Source: a virus
Lineage: Duplodnaviria; Caudoviricetes
DNA: 61,861 nucleotides
Reading direction: 5' to 3' (one strand)
IMG/VR virus record: IMGVR_UViG_3300042472_000345
Coordinates: 1 to 61,861 of that record
Under the pieces are notes generated by a model that saw nothing but the letters and a program-made list of their open reading frames with translations, was not told where the DNA came from and made no database searches. This document shows positions 19,404-28,390 of the stretch, one piece after another. The position numbers and the translations under genes were made by a program. Each line of letters starts with the position of its first letter. The stretch's first letter is position 1.

Positions 19404-20234
19404 ATGACAGTATTAATAACATTAACAACAGCAGGATCTGACTCAGGTCCATTTAACCTATACTCAGATGTAGATGGATTTTTATCAGCATTTGAAGTGG
19501 GAGTTGCTAAAATAGATTTATTAGCAGGATATTCTTCATCATTGGTTCCTGACCCAACAACAATTATTAGAGTTATGTCTAGTAATTTTTTGTGTACTAA
19601 TTATATTGATTTAGAATTATATCCTGTAACTACAACAACCACTACAACATTACCATTAGAGTTTTTATTAAGTTACGAATGTGATGGTGAAACAGTAATT
19701 CAAATTACAGCAGACACAATCACTGGAGGTGCGCCAGGTTATTACCCAGCAACTACATTCTTCTATGATGAAGCTTCTGCTCTTGCAAATACAAGTTGGT
19801 CAGCATTTTCAATTGAGTCTATTAGTTATGGTACTAGTGAACCTAATAATACATTCTGGGTAGCAATCATAGATTCAGCAGGAAACGTTGCTGTTAATAG
19901 TATAACTACTAATTGTACAACTACAACAACTACTACAGCACCACTTGATTTTGTATTAACATCTAGTTGTGCTGGAATAAATGCAACACTTAGCATGAGT
20001 GCTTACACTGGAGGATCAGCACCTTATGAATCAGGAAATAATTATTTTACAAGTGAGGCAGCTGCATTAGCTAATACATCTTGGGTTGGACCACCATCAG
20101 GAGCATTTGCAATAGGAATAGGATCTACACCAGGAACTTATTGGATGGTTATTAGAGATTCATTAGGAAATTTAAAAGCTAAAGACATAACTGTAGATTG
20201 TTCAACAACTACAACTACAACTACAATACCTTAA
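19404..20234 (+). CDS. virion accessory protein with two SprB-like beta repeats and poly-Thr linkers
   Basis: Two internal repeats TGG..(G/P)Y...E.(S/A)ALANTSW...T(F/Y)W..I.DS.GN. Confidence 0.6.
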   Translation: MTVLITLTTAGSDSGPFNLYSDVDGFLSAFEVGVAKIDLLAGYSSSLVPDPTTIIRVMSSNFLCTNYIDLELYPVTTTTTTTLPLEFLLSYECDGETVIQITADTITGGAPGYYPATTFFYDEASALANTSWSAFSIESISYGTSEPNNTFWVAIIDSAGNVAVNSITTNCTTTTTTTAPLDFVLTSSCAGINATLSMSAYTGGSAPYESGNNYFTSEAAALANTSWVGPPSGAFAIGIGSTPGTYWMVIRDSLGNLKAKDITVDCSTTTTTTTIP

Positions 20235-20272
20235 TATACAAAAAGTCTTGTTTTGTTGGTTTTACAAGACTT

Positions 20273-20301
20273 CTCCTCAAGATTTTTCTTGGGGAGTTTT
20301 T
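20273..20301 (+). terminator. intrinsic terminator
   Basis: CTCCTCAAGA-TTTT-TCTTGGGGAG followed by TTTTT; preceded by a second hairpin at 20243-20272. Confidence 0.8.
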
Positions 20302-20350
20302 GTTTAATAACTTTTTTAATTATAAAGAATTTCTTGCGTAATTAAAAATA

Positions 20351-20383
20351 TTTGCATATTGTAAAAACTATTATTTATCTTTA
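20351..20383 (+). promoter_or_regulatory. candidate Bacteroidota-type promoter
   Basis: TTTG 20351-20354, 21-nt spacer, TATCTTTA 20376-20383, located after a terminator and before 20412. Confidence 0.5.
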
Positions 20384-20411
20384 CCATATTTTTAATTAAA
20401 TTAGAACGTAT

Positions 20412-21620
20412 ATGCTTGACAATCAACAATTACTGAATCAGTTGAAGGATATGCTTCGCTGGAAAAAAAGCAAGAGTTACTATGCAAAGTCTTTAGGAAT
20501 TTCTGTATATGAAGTAGATCAACTTCTTTTACAGTTAAGTCATGACAAAAGACCTAAACTACTATCAGATAAAACAATCAAGGTTGATGTTGAAAGAGGA
20601 ACATTAGAAAGCGTAGTAATATGCGATCATGAACCCAAAGACGATCTTGAACTTGCAGCATTACATAAGATAGATCTTGATAAATATATAATTACCAACT
20701 ACTGGTCTAAGCTTTTACCAAATGGTAAGTTTACATCTTCAGTTTTTTCTAAACGAAAAGGACCAAAAGATTACAACCCTGAAGACTTTGCCAAGTTTTT
20801 AGAAAACTACAAACCAAACAACATTACAATTACTCCTGTTGATCATAGCAAAGAGAAAGATTATGTTGACATTGAGGTGTCAATCTCTGATTATCACTTA
20901 GCTAAACGACATGTAGACGAGGATAACAATCCTGTTGAAAGAGCTTACAGATATTTTAATGTGGCTCAATCTTTGATTAAAAAAGTTGCATCTGTATATA
21001 ACATAAACACTATAGTGTTTCCTATTTCGAATGACTTTTTCCATACAGACAATTACCAAAACCAAACTACACAAGGAACTCCACAAGACACTATATTAGA
21101 TTATAGTTCTGAATATGAGTTAGGATTCTCAATACTTGTAGACACAATAAACATGTTGAGATTTTATTCAAGTAATGTTGATGTAATACTTGTTCAAGGA
21201 AATCACGACAGGACTAAATCCTTCTATTTAGCACATGCATTAGAAGTGTATTTCAAACGTGAACTTGATGTTAAGTTTGATAGAGAACATAGTGTTGTAA
21301 AAGGTAAGACGTTAGGAGATACATTTATTGGATGGCATCATGGTAATTGTAAGTTAGAAGACCTTCCACTATTATTTGCCACACATCCTAAATATAGTCA
21401 AGCATTTGGTAATGCTAAATATAGAGAAGTGCACACAGGAGATAAGCATCACTATATGGCTAAAGAAGTCAAAGGTGTAAGAATACAACAAATGCCTAGC
21501 TTGTCTGGAACAGACAGATGGCACTTAGATAATAACTACGTACATTCAGTACGTGCAGCTCTTGCTTTAGTTTATGATAATAAACTAGGAAAAATAGCAG
21601 AGTTTGAAACTCGAATATAA
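20412..21620 (+). CDS. calcineurin-like metallophosphoesterase with N-terminal extension
   Basis: Motifs SDYH, NDFFHTD, GNHD, WHHG, GDKHH. Confidence 0.8.
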   Translation: MLDNQQLLNQLKDMLRWKKSKSYYAKSLGISVYEVDQLLLQLSHDKRPKLLSDKTIKVDVERGTLESVVICDHEPKDDLELAALHKIDLDKYIITNYWSKLLPNGKFTSSVFSKRKGPKDYNPEDFAKFLENYKPNNITITPVDHSKEKDYVDIEVSISDYHLAKRHVDEDNNPVERAYRYFNVAQSLIKKVASVYNINTIVFPISNDFFHTDNYQNQTTQGTPQDTILDYSSEYELGFSILVDTINMLRFYSSNVDVILVQGNHDRTKSFYLAHALEVYFKRELDVKFDREHSVVKGKTLGDTFIGWHHGNCKLEDLPLLFATHPKYSQAFGNAKYREVHTGDKHHYMAKEVKGVRIQQMPSLSGTDRWHLDNNYVHSVRAALALVYDNKLGKIAEFETRI

Positions 21621-21622
21621 AT

Positions 21623-22348
21623 ATGTCAACATTAAGAAAATTAGTTTCAGACGTAAGATCAACACATAAGCTGCTTTCTACAGACAGCTTAATCACTGAT
21701 AGAGCTATTGCTTCTGAGATCAGAAACAATTCTTTATTGCTCATCAAGAGAGAAACAAATCTCAGAAAGCTTTGGGCTACAGATACTTTATTTACAACCA
21801 TTCCTTGTTTAGAGATGTGCCAAGTGCCAATCTCTGAATGTTGTGACTTTGTAGATGAATGTACAATTGCAAGAAGTAAACATAAGATTCCACGTATATC
21901 AGAAGGTAATTACCAATATGTAATACAAGGAGTTTATTCTATTAATGCATTGAGTGGTCAAGGAAAGAAGTTAAAAGAAATTTCTGTTAATAGATATATA
22001 AATCTATTGAAACTTCCTGTTATAAAGAATCAAGAATACTTCTGGATATCTAATGGATATTTGTATGTAAACAATCCAAACTTACAAGCCATTCGATTTG
22101 TAGCATTATTTGAAGAAGATGTAGACAATGAGATATTATATCCAGAATGTGGATGTGGAAAAGAATATTCTGAAGAAGAGTATTGTATTAATCCATTAGA
22201 TAAAAAGTTTGCTTGTCCAGGATATTTAGAACAACAAGTGTTACAATTAACTTCGCAGAAGTTATTATCTACATACTTTAGTATCAAAACAGATATAAGT
22301 CAAGATGGTGTAGATGGACAAGCCCCAAATTCAAAGCCAACTAGTTAA
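21623..22348 (+). CDS. putative tail ring protein
   Basis: 241 aa; synteny before the IHF-like and tubular genes. Confidence 0.5.
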   Translation: MSTLRKLVSDVRSTHKLLSTDSLITDRAIASEIRNNSLLLIKRETNLRKLWATDTLFTTIPCLEMCQVPISECCDFVDECTIARSKHKIPRISEGNYQYVIQGVYSINALSGQGKKLKEISVNRYINLLKLPVIKNQEYFWISNGYLYVNNPNLQAIRFVALFEEDVDNEILYPECGCGKEYSEEEYCINPLDKKFACPGYLEQQVLQLTSQKLLSTYFSIKTDISQDGVDGQAPNSKPTS

Positions 22349-22824
22349 TGAGAACAAAGGTTGATTGGAGAAGTTCGAGTAAAGATAACTATAGGGAGTT
22401 TTGTGAAAAGTATCCCAACATATTGTTATCTTTTGATGAATGGAGAAGTGTCATTTATACATTCAACGAAGCATTCAAACAATACATATTAGAAACTGGA
22501 GAGAAGATTAAACTTCCTTTTGGTTTTGGAGAGTTCTCAATAAAGAAAAAGAAGAGAAGAAAAATGAAAGGTGTTGATGGAAAGGAATATATTAATCTTC
22601 CCATTGACTGGCAGAAAACTAGAGAGAAAGGAAAAGTTATTTATAACTTCAACTATCACACAGAAGGATTCTTTTTTGGTTGGCACTGGTTCAAACAAAA
22701 TGCTAGATTCAAACATTCTGATCTTTGGTACTTTAAACCTTCTAGAACAACATCAAGATTACTATCTCACTACATAAAGGCTGATGATAAATATCAGCAC
22801 ATATATAGAGAGTGGATAACATAA
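22348..22824 (+). CDS. IHF/HU-like protein
   Basis: GEKIKLPFGFGEFSIKKKKRR motif; conserved position in crAss-like tail modules. Confidence 0.65.
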   Translation: MRTKVDWRSSSKDNYREFCEKYPNILLSFDEWRSVIYTFNEAFKQYILETGEKIKLPFGFGEFSIKKKKRRKMKGVDGKEYINLPIDWQKTREKGKVIYNFNYHTEGFFFGWHWFKQNARFKHSDLWYFKPSRTTSRLLSHYIKADDKYQHIYREWIT

Positions 22825-22836
22825 ACACTTACAAAA

Positions 22837-23760
22837 ATGAGTTACTATTACAAATATAATTTTGTTAGCCCAGAGCCAGTCTACGCACTTGTGAAAGAAG
22901 AATTAAAATCTTACTTTGATACAGGAGCTGTAGACGATTTGTTATTTCCAACCTACTTAGATAAATGTCTAAAGAAACTTGGACAATCTAGTTATGTAAT
23001 AGCTCAACAACTTCTACATATAGAAGACTTTGAAGCTAGACTTCCTGATAACTTTCATGCTGTTAGAGAAGCTTGGTTGTGTACATCTATTCCTGGATAT
23101 CCATATCAGACAGCTAACTCATTTTACTCACAAGCTGCTTCAGAGACAACAATACAAATAAGTCCTGTTACATCTAATGGACAACCTTGCACTAACTTAG
23201 AATGCACCACAGGATGTCCTACGTGCATGCCAACATTAGTTCAAGCTGTATATAAAACAAATCAACAAGTTGCTGTAGAATATCATAGACAATACTTATT
23301 GAAACCAGGAAACATTTCTGTTAGAGCAAACTGTTCTTTAGATTGTGCAAACTTTGGTTCATCAGCTGCTGACTCATTTGACATCAGAGATAATAAGTTT
23401 GTCACTAACTTTAGAAATGGAGTGGTACACTTAGTATTCTACTCTACAGAATATGATAATGCAGGAAATCAAATGATGCCTGACAACTATCGTATTAGAG
23501 AGTTCATAGAAGCATTCATTAAATATAAAGTGTTCGAAACACTTGCAAACCAAACTAACGACGAAACTTTTAACCAACTTCAACAAAAACTTGTTTATTA
23601 CAAACAACTTCATGACGAGGCTTTCATTATGGCAAACATCGAAATCAAAAAACAAGATGCTTACACTAAACAAAGACGAATCATAAAAGATTTAAACAGG
23701 TTTAATATGTACGAGTTACCAAATCGTACTAATAGATATGGTAGAAGACGTAATAATTAA
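22837..23760 (+). CDS. tail tubular/ring protein (P22 gp4-like position)
   Basis: 307 aa just upstream of the large muzzle-like gene; crAss-like synteny. Confidence 0.55.
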   Translation: MSYYYKYNFVSPEPVYALVKEELKSYFDTGAVDDLLFPTYLDKCLKKLGQSSYVIAQQLLHIEDFEARLPDNFHAVREAWLCTSIPGYPYQTANSFYSQAASETTIQISPVTSNGQPCTNLECTTGCPTCMPTLVQAVYKTNQQVAVEYHRQYLLKPGNISVRANCSLDCANFGSSAADSFDIRDNKFVTNFRNGVVHLVFYSTEYDNAGNQMMPDNYRIREFIEAFIKYKVFETLANQTNDETFNQLQQKLVYYKQLHDEAFIMANIEIKKQDAYTKQRRIIKDLNRFNMYELPNRTNRYGRRRNN

Positions 23761-23765
23761 TACTC

Positions 23766-26700
23766 ATGGCAGACGATAAACTTGAAAAAATTAAGAAACT
23801 ACTCAGTGGTGATCAAAGTGATGTTAACCAAGAGTATAATGTAGCATCTATAGGAATGAACTTAGATAACACTGTTAGTCAAGTTCCTAAAGGAATGCTT
23901 ACTTATGCATTGAATGCTTCTCTTGAGAACTTTGATGCTAACTCTGTAAACTATCAGAATGAACCAGGAAATGAACCATGCTTTAATAACAATGCTGAGT
24001 TTTTTCCTGCTAATTACATATTGATTGGTACACATCTTATTCAAGAAAAAAATAAACATATATTCTTTCTTACTAATCCTTCAACAGGTGAGTCAGAGAT
24101 TGGATACATGGACAATAATGATTGTAACTATCATGTGTTTATTAGTGCACCTTGTCTTAATTTTGACATTGATTATCCTATACACAAAATTGTACACAAG
24201 ATAACTAACTGTAGTACAGAGATATATTGGACAGATGGATTCAATCCTAGAAGATATTTGGATCTTGACCCTCTTAAAATTCCATATACATTAGCACAAA
24301 GTTCTACTTTTTGTGATCCTAATTATACAAGCCAAATAGATTGTAATCAATTAAAATTACAACCTAATTTTTCTATTCCTGAATTAACTATTGTAGATGT
24401 TATAACAGGGGGGGACCTAACTGCAGGTACAGTGCAGTTTGCAATTCAATATTGTGATGCATCAAGTAATCCTTACACATCATATTATTCAGTTACAAAT
24501 CCTACACCTATTGCAAATGCTCGTGTTACAGATGTTAACTTTAACTATCCTGTTGGAAAATCAGTTGTAGTTGGAATTAATAATCTTGATGCTACAGGAC
24601 AGTTTCAATATTTCAACTTAGCTGTAATTAAAACAGTAAATGCTATTTCATCAGTAGAACTAATAGGTACATACTTCATTGATAATGTAATAATGAGCAT
24701 TACATATAGTGGTCAAAATAAAACAAACATTAGACTTTCTACAGCTGATATTTTTGAAAAGTTTCCTCATTACGAAATAGCACAAGATCTTACATCTGTA
24801 CAAGATATTCTTGTATGGGATAATCTTACATCTATAGATAGAATTAACTACCAATCTATTGCAAGTAAAATAAGATTTCAATGGGAGACATATAGAATTC
24901 CTTCTAATGAAAACTATTCAGATGAATTAAATGCTACAAACTTACGTGGTTATCTACGTGATGAAGTGTATGCATTTGAAATTGTATTCTTATTAAAGAA
25001 TGGAAAACAAACAGATGGTTTTCATATCCCTGGAAGACAAAGAAATAATAATGAGTCTTTTCCAGATGTACCTGACACAAGTCCTGATTTTATAGGAACT
25101 CCTGAATACATTGACCCTCTTACAGGAGTTGGATATAGCCCTTATTGGAAAATATATAATACAGGTAGCGTAGTTGGAATTGGTACAGGGCTACCTATAG
25201 AAAATGCAACACCACACGAATATGGTGATTTTGCATATTGGGAATCAAAAGAAAAATACCCATGTAACGATGCTTTATGGGGAGATCTTGCAGATCAACC
25301 TATCAGACATCATAAGTTTCCTGATGTTCTTGTTAGTCCTATATTTGAAAGTGCTACACCAGTAATTACTGCTAATAAATATAAAGTAGAAATGCAAACA
25401 TCAGATGCTGTATTTCCTATTGGTGTAAAAATTAATATTAGTCAAGTTACGCAATTAATTCAACAATCAAATTTAACAGAAGATCAAAAAGCTGACATTG
25501 CTGGATTTAAAATTATAAGAGGAGACAGAGGAACAAATAAATCAATTGTTGCTAAAGGTATTCTTAGAAATCTTAATTTATACGAAAGAGAAAAACAAAC
25601 TTTTTATTTCCCCAATTACCCATATAATGATCTTAGTGAAGATCCTTTCTTACTTACAGCTAATAATGCATATTCACAATTAGCTGAACCTTGGGTAGTT
25701 ATGTGTACAGAAATTGATCCTGAAACAGAACCAGGTGGTTCATTATATAATCCTGCTGATCCTGATCCTAGACCATATGGAACTTATGAATATACAGATC
25801 CTAATACAAATAAAACTTTTACAGAAAGAATGTATTTGAATGAAATAAAAGAATTTTGTTCAAATAGTAGACCTTTTTTTGTTACAGGTAAAGCATATAT
25901 AGGTCCTGGAAACTATGATGTATATAAAGTAAGAAGTAGAGGATGTAAAGGTTTTCGTGTAAACTGGTCAAGTCCTTATACACTTGATAACACAGCGTTA
26001 GATCCACAAGGTCCATGGTTAGATGGATGGAGTGCTGTGGAATTTAATCTAACCAATGTACTTGTAGGTCTTCTTGTAGTACAAGTATTACCTTTTGCTT
26101 TTCTTGGAATTGAAGCTGTTGTTATTATAGGAGGAATAGTAGTAGATGGTGGTAGAGCATTATATGCCACTGTTGCTGTAGGTGGAACTGTTAGTACTGC
26201 ATGTAGAAATAGATGGTATGATATAGCATGTAAATGTAGTGTAGGACAAGAATATATTCCACCCATTGGTGAATCTCCTAGAGGAGTTATTGATTTTACT
26301 CGTTCTAGAAGATCTAGTGTTAAGTGTGGTGAAACAACTCAACTTCCTGCTATAACAACTGATGCATCAAAATACAGACATGTGTTTAATTCTCCTGAGA
26401 CATCTTTTGGACAACCTTTCTTAGGTAATGTTCTTAAGTTAGAGAACGTAATGTATGGAGCAGGTACTGGACATTTTGTTGCAGTTAATAAGAATGCTAA
26501 GTATAAACTAATTTCAAAAGAGGCTCAAGAAGATGCATTGCGTAGTTCTGATGCTATAGCAAGAATGACTGATCCTTTTAATTTTACTGCTACGTTTACA
26601 GCATATCAGGCATATTTAACTATTTATATAAATGGTATCACAAGAAAGAACTATGCATATTCATTTAATTCAATTGCTAGTTATGATTATTATGGAGATA

Positions 26701-28385
26701 TTGAAAATAATCCAGCATTAGCAATTAAACAACGTAATATTGATATTACACAATATCTTATTCCAGGAGTACAATCTGTAGGAGATAATCATAATATTAA
26801 TAATTTTAATAGAGAATCTTCTGTATTTATAAAAACTATAGAAGATAGAAATACCACTATTACTGTTCCACCTTTATTGTTTCCTAATGACGTTCCAAGC
26901 ATTAGCATAAATGGATCTCCTGGTATTAGCGACTATTCAAGATATACAATTACTAGTTCAGATCGTTGTATTACTCCTGCAGAAGAAAAAGATGATGTAA
27001 CAGTAGTATCTTATTATGCTTCAATGAAAAATGTATTTGATAACCAATGGGGACAAATATATTCTTATGAAACAGTTGATACAGGTTTTCAAAAAACAGT
27101 TCCATTTACAGGAGTGTCAACTGCCACTATATTTGGAGGTGATACATTCATTTCTAGATTTGCATTTAAAACAAAACTTCCATACTTTATTGATAACAGA
27201 GTGGGAGCTCCTGATGATTCAGAGATATTCTATGATGAGATTGGTAACATAGCCTATCCAAAGTACTGGCACTCAGCACGTTCTGTATTATCAGATTTTA
27301 GTCTTGATAATGGAGTTGTAATGACAAACATAGTTTCAATCAAAGCACATAATTTTGATTGCCCTAATGATCCTTCTAAAGTACCTACAGGAAGTGAGAG
27401 TTCTTATAGAACCTATTATGATGGGTATTTTTATTTATTTGCATATGGAGTTCCTAACTTCTATTGTGAGAGCTCTTACAATTTAGATTTGCGTCAAGCA
27501 TTCAATAATAGAGAAGGTGACTTCTGGCCACATGTTAGTACTAGTATTCCTGATGATTGGGTACAAGAAAGTTTTGTTCCAATTTCTCAAGATAATACAT
27601 ATTATTATAATACAACTTTTTCTAAACAGAATAAAGAGAATTACTTCACACACTTACCTCCTGATTGGACAGAACAACTGTGTTATACAAACTATCCATT
27701 CAGAGCAATATACTCAGATCCCCAAACCACAAATGCTGATAACAGAGTTAATAACTGGTTGACGTATAGAGCAACTGCAATGTTTGACTTTCCTCAGAAT
27801 TATGGAAGTCTTACAGCATTAGATGGTATTCAGAATAAAGCTATTTTAGCTAGATTTGAAAACAAGTCATTGTTATATAATACATTGCTTACAATTAACA
27901 CAAGTAATCCACAAGCAGCATATATAGGAAACGATACATTGTTTAAACAATCCCCTCCTATTGACTTTGCTGAAACAGATCTTGGATATGTAGGAAGTCA
28001 GAATAAGTTCTTGTTGAAGATTCCACAAGGACAAATTACTGTTGATGCTAAACGTGGACAAGTGTTTCTTGTTAATAGTAATCAAGCTACAGATCTTTCT
28101 GCATTTGGCACAGGAATGAATAGATTCTTTACAGACCATTTAGCATTTGAGATTCTTAGATATTTCCCTGAAGTAAATACAGATAATCATTTCACAGGAA
28201 TTGGTTTACATGGAGTGTATGATTCTAAATTTGATAGAGTTATTATTACAAAACTTGATTATATTCCTATAGACAAAGATGTGAAATATGATGCTGATAA
28301 AAGAGAGTTTTATATAGAGACAGTGCAGCATATTCCAGATGCTACAACAACATCAACAACTTCTACTACTACAATAATATCTTAA
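23766..28385 (+). CDS. tail stabilisation/muzzle protein (P22 gp10-like), N-terminal main part
   Basis: 1539 aa, beta-rich, GMNLD and IYWTDGFNPRR N-terminal motifs, RDEVYAF; synteny; ends in a Thr run. Confidence 0.7.
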   Translation: MADDKLEKIKKLLSGDQSDVNQEYNVASIGMNLDNTVSQVPKGMLTYALNASLENFDANSVNYQNEPGNEPCFNNNAEFFPANYILIGTHLIQEKNKHIFFLTNPSTGESEIGYMDNNDCNYHVFISAPCLNFDIDYPIHKIVHKITNCSTEIYWTDGFNPRRYLDLDPLKIPYTLAQSSTFCDPNYTSQIDCNQLKLQPNFSIPELTIVDVITGGDLTAGTVQFAIQYCDASSNPYTSYYSVTNPTPIANARVTDVNFNYPVGKSVVVGINNLDATGQFQYFNLAVIKTVNAISSVELIGTYFIDNVIMSITYSGQNKTNIRLSTADIFEKFPHYEIAQDLTSVQDILVWDNLTSIDRINYQSIASKIRFQWETYRIPSNENYSDELNATNLRGYLRDEVYAFEIVFLLKNGKQTDGFHIPGRQRNNNESFPDVPDTSPDFIGTPEYIDPLTGVGYSPYWKIYNTGSVVGIGTGLPIENATPHEYGDFAYWESKEKYPCNDALWGDLADQPIRHHKFPDVLVSPIFESATPVITANKYKVEMQTSDAVFPIGVKINISQVTQLIQQSNLTEDQKADIAGFKIIRGDRGTNKSIVAKGILRNLNLYEREKQTFYFPNYPYNDLSEDPFLLTANNAYSQLAEPWVVMCTEIDPETEPGGSLYNPADPDPRPYGTYEYTDPNTNKTFTERMYLNEIKEFCSNSRPFFVTGKAYIGPGNYDVYKVRSRGCKGFRVNWSSPYTLDNTALDPQGPWLDGWSAVEFNLTNVLVGLLVVQVLPFAFLGIEAVVIIGGIVVDGGRALYATVAVGGTVSTACRNRWYDIACKCSVGQEYIPPIGESPRGVIDFTRSRRSSVKCGETTQLPAITTDASKYRHVFNSPETSFGQPFLGNVLKLENVMYGAGTGHFVAVNKNAKYKLISKEAQEDALRSSDAIARMTDPFNFTATFTAYQAYLTIYINGITRKNYAYSFNSIASYDYYGDIENNPALAIKQRNIDITQYLIPGVQSVGDNHNINNFNRESSVFIKTIEDRNTTITVPPLLFPNDVPSISINGSPGISDYSRYTITSSDRCITPAEEKDDVTVVSYYASMKNVFDNQWGQIYSYETVDTGFQKTVPFTGVSTATIFGGDTFISRFAFKTKLPYFIDNRVGAPDDSEIFYDEIGNIAYPKYWHSARSVLSDFSLDNGVVMTNIVSIKAHNFDCPNDPSKVPTGSESSYRTYYDGYFYLFAYGVPNFYCESSYNLDLRQAFNNREGDFWPHVSTSIPDDWVQESFVPISQDNTYYYNTTFSKQNKENYFTHLPPDWTEQLCYTNYPFRAIYSDPQTTNADNRVNNWLTYRATAMFDFPQNYGSLTALDGIQNKAILARFENKSLLYNTLLTINTSNPQAAYIGNDTLFKQSPPIDFAETDLGYVGSQNKFLLKIPQGQITVDAKRGQVFLVNSNQATDLSAFGTGMNRFFTDHLAFEILRYFPEVNTDNHFTGIGLHGVYDSKFDRVIITKLDYIPIDKDVKYDADKREFYIETVQHIPDATTTSTTSTTTIIS

Positions 28386-28390
28386 ATATT

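Noticed and set aside
16678-20225. CRISPR array or DGR template/variable repeat pair
   Set aside because: Repeats are degenerate coding triplets with no constant repeat-spacer period; no near-identical repeat pair or RT gene seen
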